Source: the human T2T-CHM13v2.0 reference genome, Homo sapiens
DNA: 64,000 bases
Assembly (NCBI RefSeq): GCF_009914755.1
Contig: NC_060947.1
Direction: 5' to 3' (one strand)
The stretch's first letter is position 1. Each line of letters begins with the position of its first letter. Both the position numbers and the translations under genes were made by a program. Under the pieces are notes generated by a model. The model ran no database searches, had not been told where the DNA came from, and saw only the letters and a program-made list of their open reading frames with translations. Shown in pieces: positions 57,307-64,000 of this stretch.

Positions 57307-57609
57307 GGTTGGGTGTAGTGGCTCACGCCTGTAATCCCAGCACTTTGGGAGGCTGACGGGGGCGGATCACTTGAGGTCAGGAGTTTGAGAGCAGCCTGGC
57401 CAACATGGCGAAACCCTGTCTCTACTAAAAATACAAAAATTAGGCGTGGTGGCACAAACCTGTAATCTCAGCTACTCGGGAGGCTAAGGCAGGAGAATCA
57501 TTTGAACCCCGGGGGCGGAGGTTGCAGTGAGCCGAGATCGCGCCACTACACTAAAGCCTGGCCAACAGAGCAAGACTCCATCTCAAAAAAGAAAAAAGAA
57601 AAAGAAAAA
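57307..57609 (+). mobile_element. AluSz/Sx-like
   Basis: Full Alu; TSD aaaatcgtaggagtgg. Confidence 0.95.
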
Positions 57610-57629
57610 AAAATCGTAGGAGTGGGATG

Positions 57630-60010
57630 TCTGGCTCAAGGATATGATTTTCAAAAGCGAAATAGTAATTCTCATTTTCAATGGATGGGACTACTTTTTC
57701 CCTTACACCAGTGAAGGTGACAGCTGTAGGTGTTATCAGCCTATTTCATTTGTTATAATCTTATAGATTAAGTGTGATATCTCAGTACTGTAATTTGCAT
57801 TTCTTTAACAACTTGTAAGCATATTCTCAAATGTTTACCAACCATTTGGATCTGTTCTACTGTGAATTGCTTGATTTTCTGTAGGCTCTATCTCCTTTTT
57901 TCCCTGTGTCTCTCTCTTTCTATTCTTTTAAAAAGAATATCTACATCCTGGCTAATACATTGTCAGTTACTTTAATTTTAGCAATTCTAGTGGATGTAAA
58001 GTGATATTTCTGTAGTTTTGGTTTTCATTTCCCTGACAACTAATGACACTGAGTACTTTTCATGTGCTTATTGGCCATTCACGTATCTTTTCTTGTTAAT
58101 GTCTTTTGAAGTTCTTTGACCATTTAAAAATATGTAGATATTAAGTCTTTTGCTGTCATAGGTGTTTAAAATATATGTGTATGTAGATGTATCTGTATAT
58201 TTAACTCATTTGTTAGTTGTCTACTAAATTTGTTTGGGACATATTTTGTCATAAAAATCTTTATTGTGATAATATATACACATACAATTTACCATTTTAA
58301 TTGTTTTTGAGTGTGCAGTTCAATGGCATTAAATTCATATTCATATTGTTGTGCAGTCATCGTCTCTGTCCACCTCCAGAACTAATCATCCTCCCAAACT
58401 AAAATTCTATATCCATTAAAAATAATTAAATTTTTAATATATTCAAATATGTCAGGCTTTTCTTTTCTAGTGTCTATTTTTCTTGTCTTGTTTAAAAAGG
58501 TTTCATGCACGTCTATATTGTGTACACAATTTCTTAGTTTTTATCACATCATTTTTATTGTTTAATTTTTAAAAAATATTTAATCCACCTCAAGTTAATT
58601 TTTATACATGATGTAAGGGGAGTGGGGGAACAAACTTAATTTTCTTCCAAGTGGAGAACCCAATATATGGGCCAGTGATTACAGTAAGTATCCTTTTCCC
58701 ATTGAATTGAAAGTTTGCTTTAGTCATAAACTATCATAAATACTGGAATCTATTTCTAGGAACTTTGTTCCACCAATCTAGTTGCCTGTTTCTGTGCCAG
58801 TATCATATTATTTGGTTACAGCTTAATTAATCAAACTTTATCTCACCATTCTTCATAATTTTCCTGGATCTTCTCAGATATGCATTTCTCCATCTGGATT
58901 TTAGTATTATTTTAATTAATTAAAAACACACAAACCTATTGGGGTTCTAATAGGCATGACGTTATATTTAATATTACTTTTGAGAGCATTTACATTTTAT
59001 AATATCTGCTTATCTCAGAAAATAGTCTATTTTTCTATATTTTCAGATTGAATTTCATATCCTTTAATACAATTTTTATAGTTTTCTTTATCAGTTTCTG
59101 TACTTTTCATATATTTCTAAATGTTTATATGCGTGCTATTGCCAATAAAATACTTTCTCTCATTTCCACTTGATTTATTTTGCTCAGCTTAATGCCTGTG
59201 AGATTCATCTATGTTGTCGTATATGTAAGTAGTTTGTTTATTTTGATTGTTGAGTACTATTCTTATGTTTTTAATATGCCCCAGTTTATTTATCTTTTCA
59301 TCTGTTGGGTTATTTCCAGTTTTTGGCTAATATGAATAAAGCAGCTTGCTATGGACAACTTTTTTACAAGGTCATTTTTTAAAATGAACATTAGTTTACA
59401 TTTCACTTTGTTAACTACCTAGCTATTCAAATGCCTCTAGGTGTATGTTTGTAAGAAACCGCTCAACATTTAAGAAGGGGTTTGTATCATTTTACCCTCC
59501 CACCAGCAAAGTAGGATAATTCCATTTGCTCCACATCTAGGTCAACACTTCATGCTGTCAGTCTTTTTAATTTTAGCTATCCTAGTGGGTGTTAAGTGGT
59601 ATTTCATTCTAGTTTTAAATTGTATGCTCCCAATGACTAATGCTGTTGAACACTTTTTCAGGCACTTATTGGCCATTTGTATGTCTTCCTTGGGGAGTGT
59701 CTGTTCAAAATCTTTTGCTAATTTTTAAATTGAGTTGTTTGCCTTTTTATTATTGATTTGTTGGAGTTCTTTTGTCAGTTGTATGCAGTAAGAATATTGT
59801 CTCACATTTCGGGAGGGTATTATCTTAACTGTGTACATTGAAGAATGGATGTTTATATATTTTCAATGATGTTTGATTTACCATTTTTTCCTTTGTTGCT
59901 TTAGTGCCTTTTGTATTCTTATTAGGAATCTTTATCTACATCAAAGTTGTAAAAATATGCCCCACTTTTTCTAAAGCATAATAGACTTTTAGGTCTTTGA
60001 TTGATCTCAA
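57630..60010 (-). mobile_element. Mosaic of old antisense L1 (L1M/L1ME/L1MB) fragments
   Basis: Repeated L1 ORF2-end motifs (gagtacttttcatgtgcttattggccatt; cccaccagcaa...tccatttgctccacatc). Confidence 0.7.
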
Positions 60011-60016
60011 ATTAGT

Positions 60017-61120
60017 ATTTTTTATTGAGATATAATTTACACACCATAAAATTCGCCATTAAAAATGTAAAATTCAGTAGATTTTAGTATATTCAGAAGA
60101 TTGTACAACATTGTCACTAGCTAGTTTCAAAATATTATCATCAACTTAAAAATAAATTCTGTATTGATTAGCAGTCACTTCCCATTGCCCTTTCCTCCCA
60201 GTCCTTGGAAACCATTAATCTACTTTCTGTCTCCATGAATTTTCCTGTTCTGGACATTCCATATAAATGAAATTCTACAATATCTGACCTTTTGTGTCTG
60301 GCTTCTTTTACTTAACATATTGTTTTCAAGGTTTACCCATGCTGTTGCACAGTGGTCTCCAGCCTTTTTGGCACCAGGGAGCGGTTTCATGGAAGACAAC
60401 GTTTCCATGGACCAGGGTGGGGGATGGTTTTGAGATGATTCAAACACACTACATATATTGTGCACTTTATTTCTGTTGTTATTACATTGTAATATATAAT
60501 GAAATAATTATACAACTCACCATAATGTAGACTCAGTGGGAGCCCAGAGATTGTTTTCCTGCAGCTAGATGGTCCCATCTGGGGGTGATGCGAGGCAGTG
60601 ATAGATCATCAGGCATTAGATTCTCATAAGGTGTGTACAACCTAGATCCCTTACATGCACAGTTCACAATAGGGTGAGCACTCCTATGAGAATCTAATGC
60701 CACCACTGACCTGACAGGAGGCAGTGCTCAAGCAGTATATGAGTGATGGGGAGTGGTGTAAATACAGATGAAACTTCACTCTATCGTCTGCTGGTCACCT
60801 CCTGCTGTGTGGCCCAGTTCTTAACGGGCCACAGACTGGTACTGGTCTTTGGCCAGTGGGTTGGGGACCCCTGCTGTAGAATGTATCAGTAACTTATTCT
60901 TTTTTATGGCAGAATAATATTGCACTGTATGGATATACCACAATTTGTTTAGCCGTTCATCGGTTGATGGACATGTGGGTTCTTTCCACTTTTGGGCTAA
61001 CATGAATAGTGCTGCTATGGACATTTTTGTACAAGTTTCTGTTTAAACATATGTTTTCTATTCTCTTGGGTATATACTTAGATGTGGAATTGCTGGATCA
61101 TATGATAACTCTGTTTTACC
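60017..61120 (-). mobile_element. L1MB 3' end hosting MER1A
   Basis: tttattgagatataatttacacaccataaaatt...ttctggacattccatataaatg; minus ORF IAALFMLAQKWKEPTCPSTDE. Confidence 0.88.
60350..60873. mobile_element. MER1A (hAT-Charlie), full length
   Basis: cagtggtctccagcctttttggcaccaggga ... gttggggacccctg; 8-bp TSD ctgttgca / ctgtagaa. Confidence 0.92.
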
Positions 61121-61283
61121 TTTCTTCTTTGTGTTGCCATGGCACCTTTACCATATATTAAAAATTGTATATGTGTGGATCTATTTTTGGGCTCTTTATT
61201 TATTTTTTTTATTATGGGTTCAATTTTTATTAACTAATCATTTCCAAAACCATAACTATTAATAAAATGCCTTGTGAAATATG

Positions 61284-63530
<2,247 letters not shown>

Positions 63531-63564
63531 TTCTGGCTGAAATTATAAAAACCTGAAAATCCTA

Positions 63565-64000
63565 ATTTTTAACAAGGACATGGAACCTGCGCAACTTTCA
63601 TGTATTGCTTGTGGGAGTCTAAATTTTTTCAGTCACTTTGCAAACTGTTTTGGCAATATTTACCAGAGATTAACATGCATTTACACTATTAACTCATTAC
63701 TTTAACTCCTAGCTATACACTCAAGAGAAATGAGTGTGTATGCCCACCAAAATATATGTTCAAGAATATTCACAGAAGGTTTGTTCATGATAACAGAACT
63801 GGAAGCAACTCAAATAATCATCTATAGAAGAATGGAGAAATAAATTGTGGAATATTCATACAATGGAATTTTACAGAGCAATAATGAAGGCAAACTACTG
63901 ATACATTAACATCGATGCATCAGAAACATAATGTTGAGTAAAAGAAGCCAGACCAAAAAAGTACATACTGTATGATACCATTTATATAAAATTCAAGAAC
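63565..64000 (+). mobile_element. L1ME-like 3' region (continues past window end)
   Basis: aaataaattgtggaatattcatacaatgga...ttgagtaaaagaagccaga...tactgtatgataccatttatataa. Confidence 0.8.

Overview
Primate (almost certainly human) non-coding genomic DNA; I can support no intact cellular protein-coding gene, tRNA, rRNA or CRISPR array. Positions 1-5.3 kb are a cluster of CpG-rich islands with a (TG)18(CG)9 Z-DNA-type repeat and splice sites on both strands, typical of the flank of a developmental regulator with a divergent lncRNA. Positions 5.3-45 kb mix unique sequence carrying homeodomain/SOX/POU/E-box clusters (candidate enhancers) and a few candidate non-coding exons with Alu, MIR, L2 and small DNA-transposon copies. 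Positions 45.5-64 kb are nearly continuous nested transposable elements: a Zaphod-like hAT transposase fossil split by an L1MA, an L1MA carrying a MER50 solo LTR, an AluY and a perfect 62-bp duplication, and a young L1PA fragment with an apparent 3' transduction. Repeat family names come from my recall of consensus sequences and need RepeatMasker/Dfam confirmation. I found no convincing novel multi-gene system; the best leads are retrotransposition by-products and regulatory candidates.
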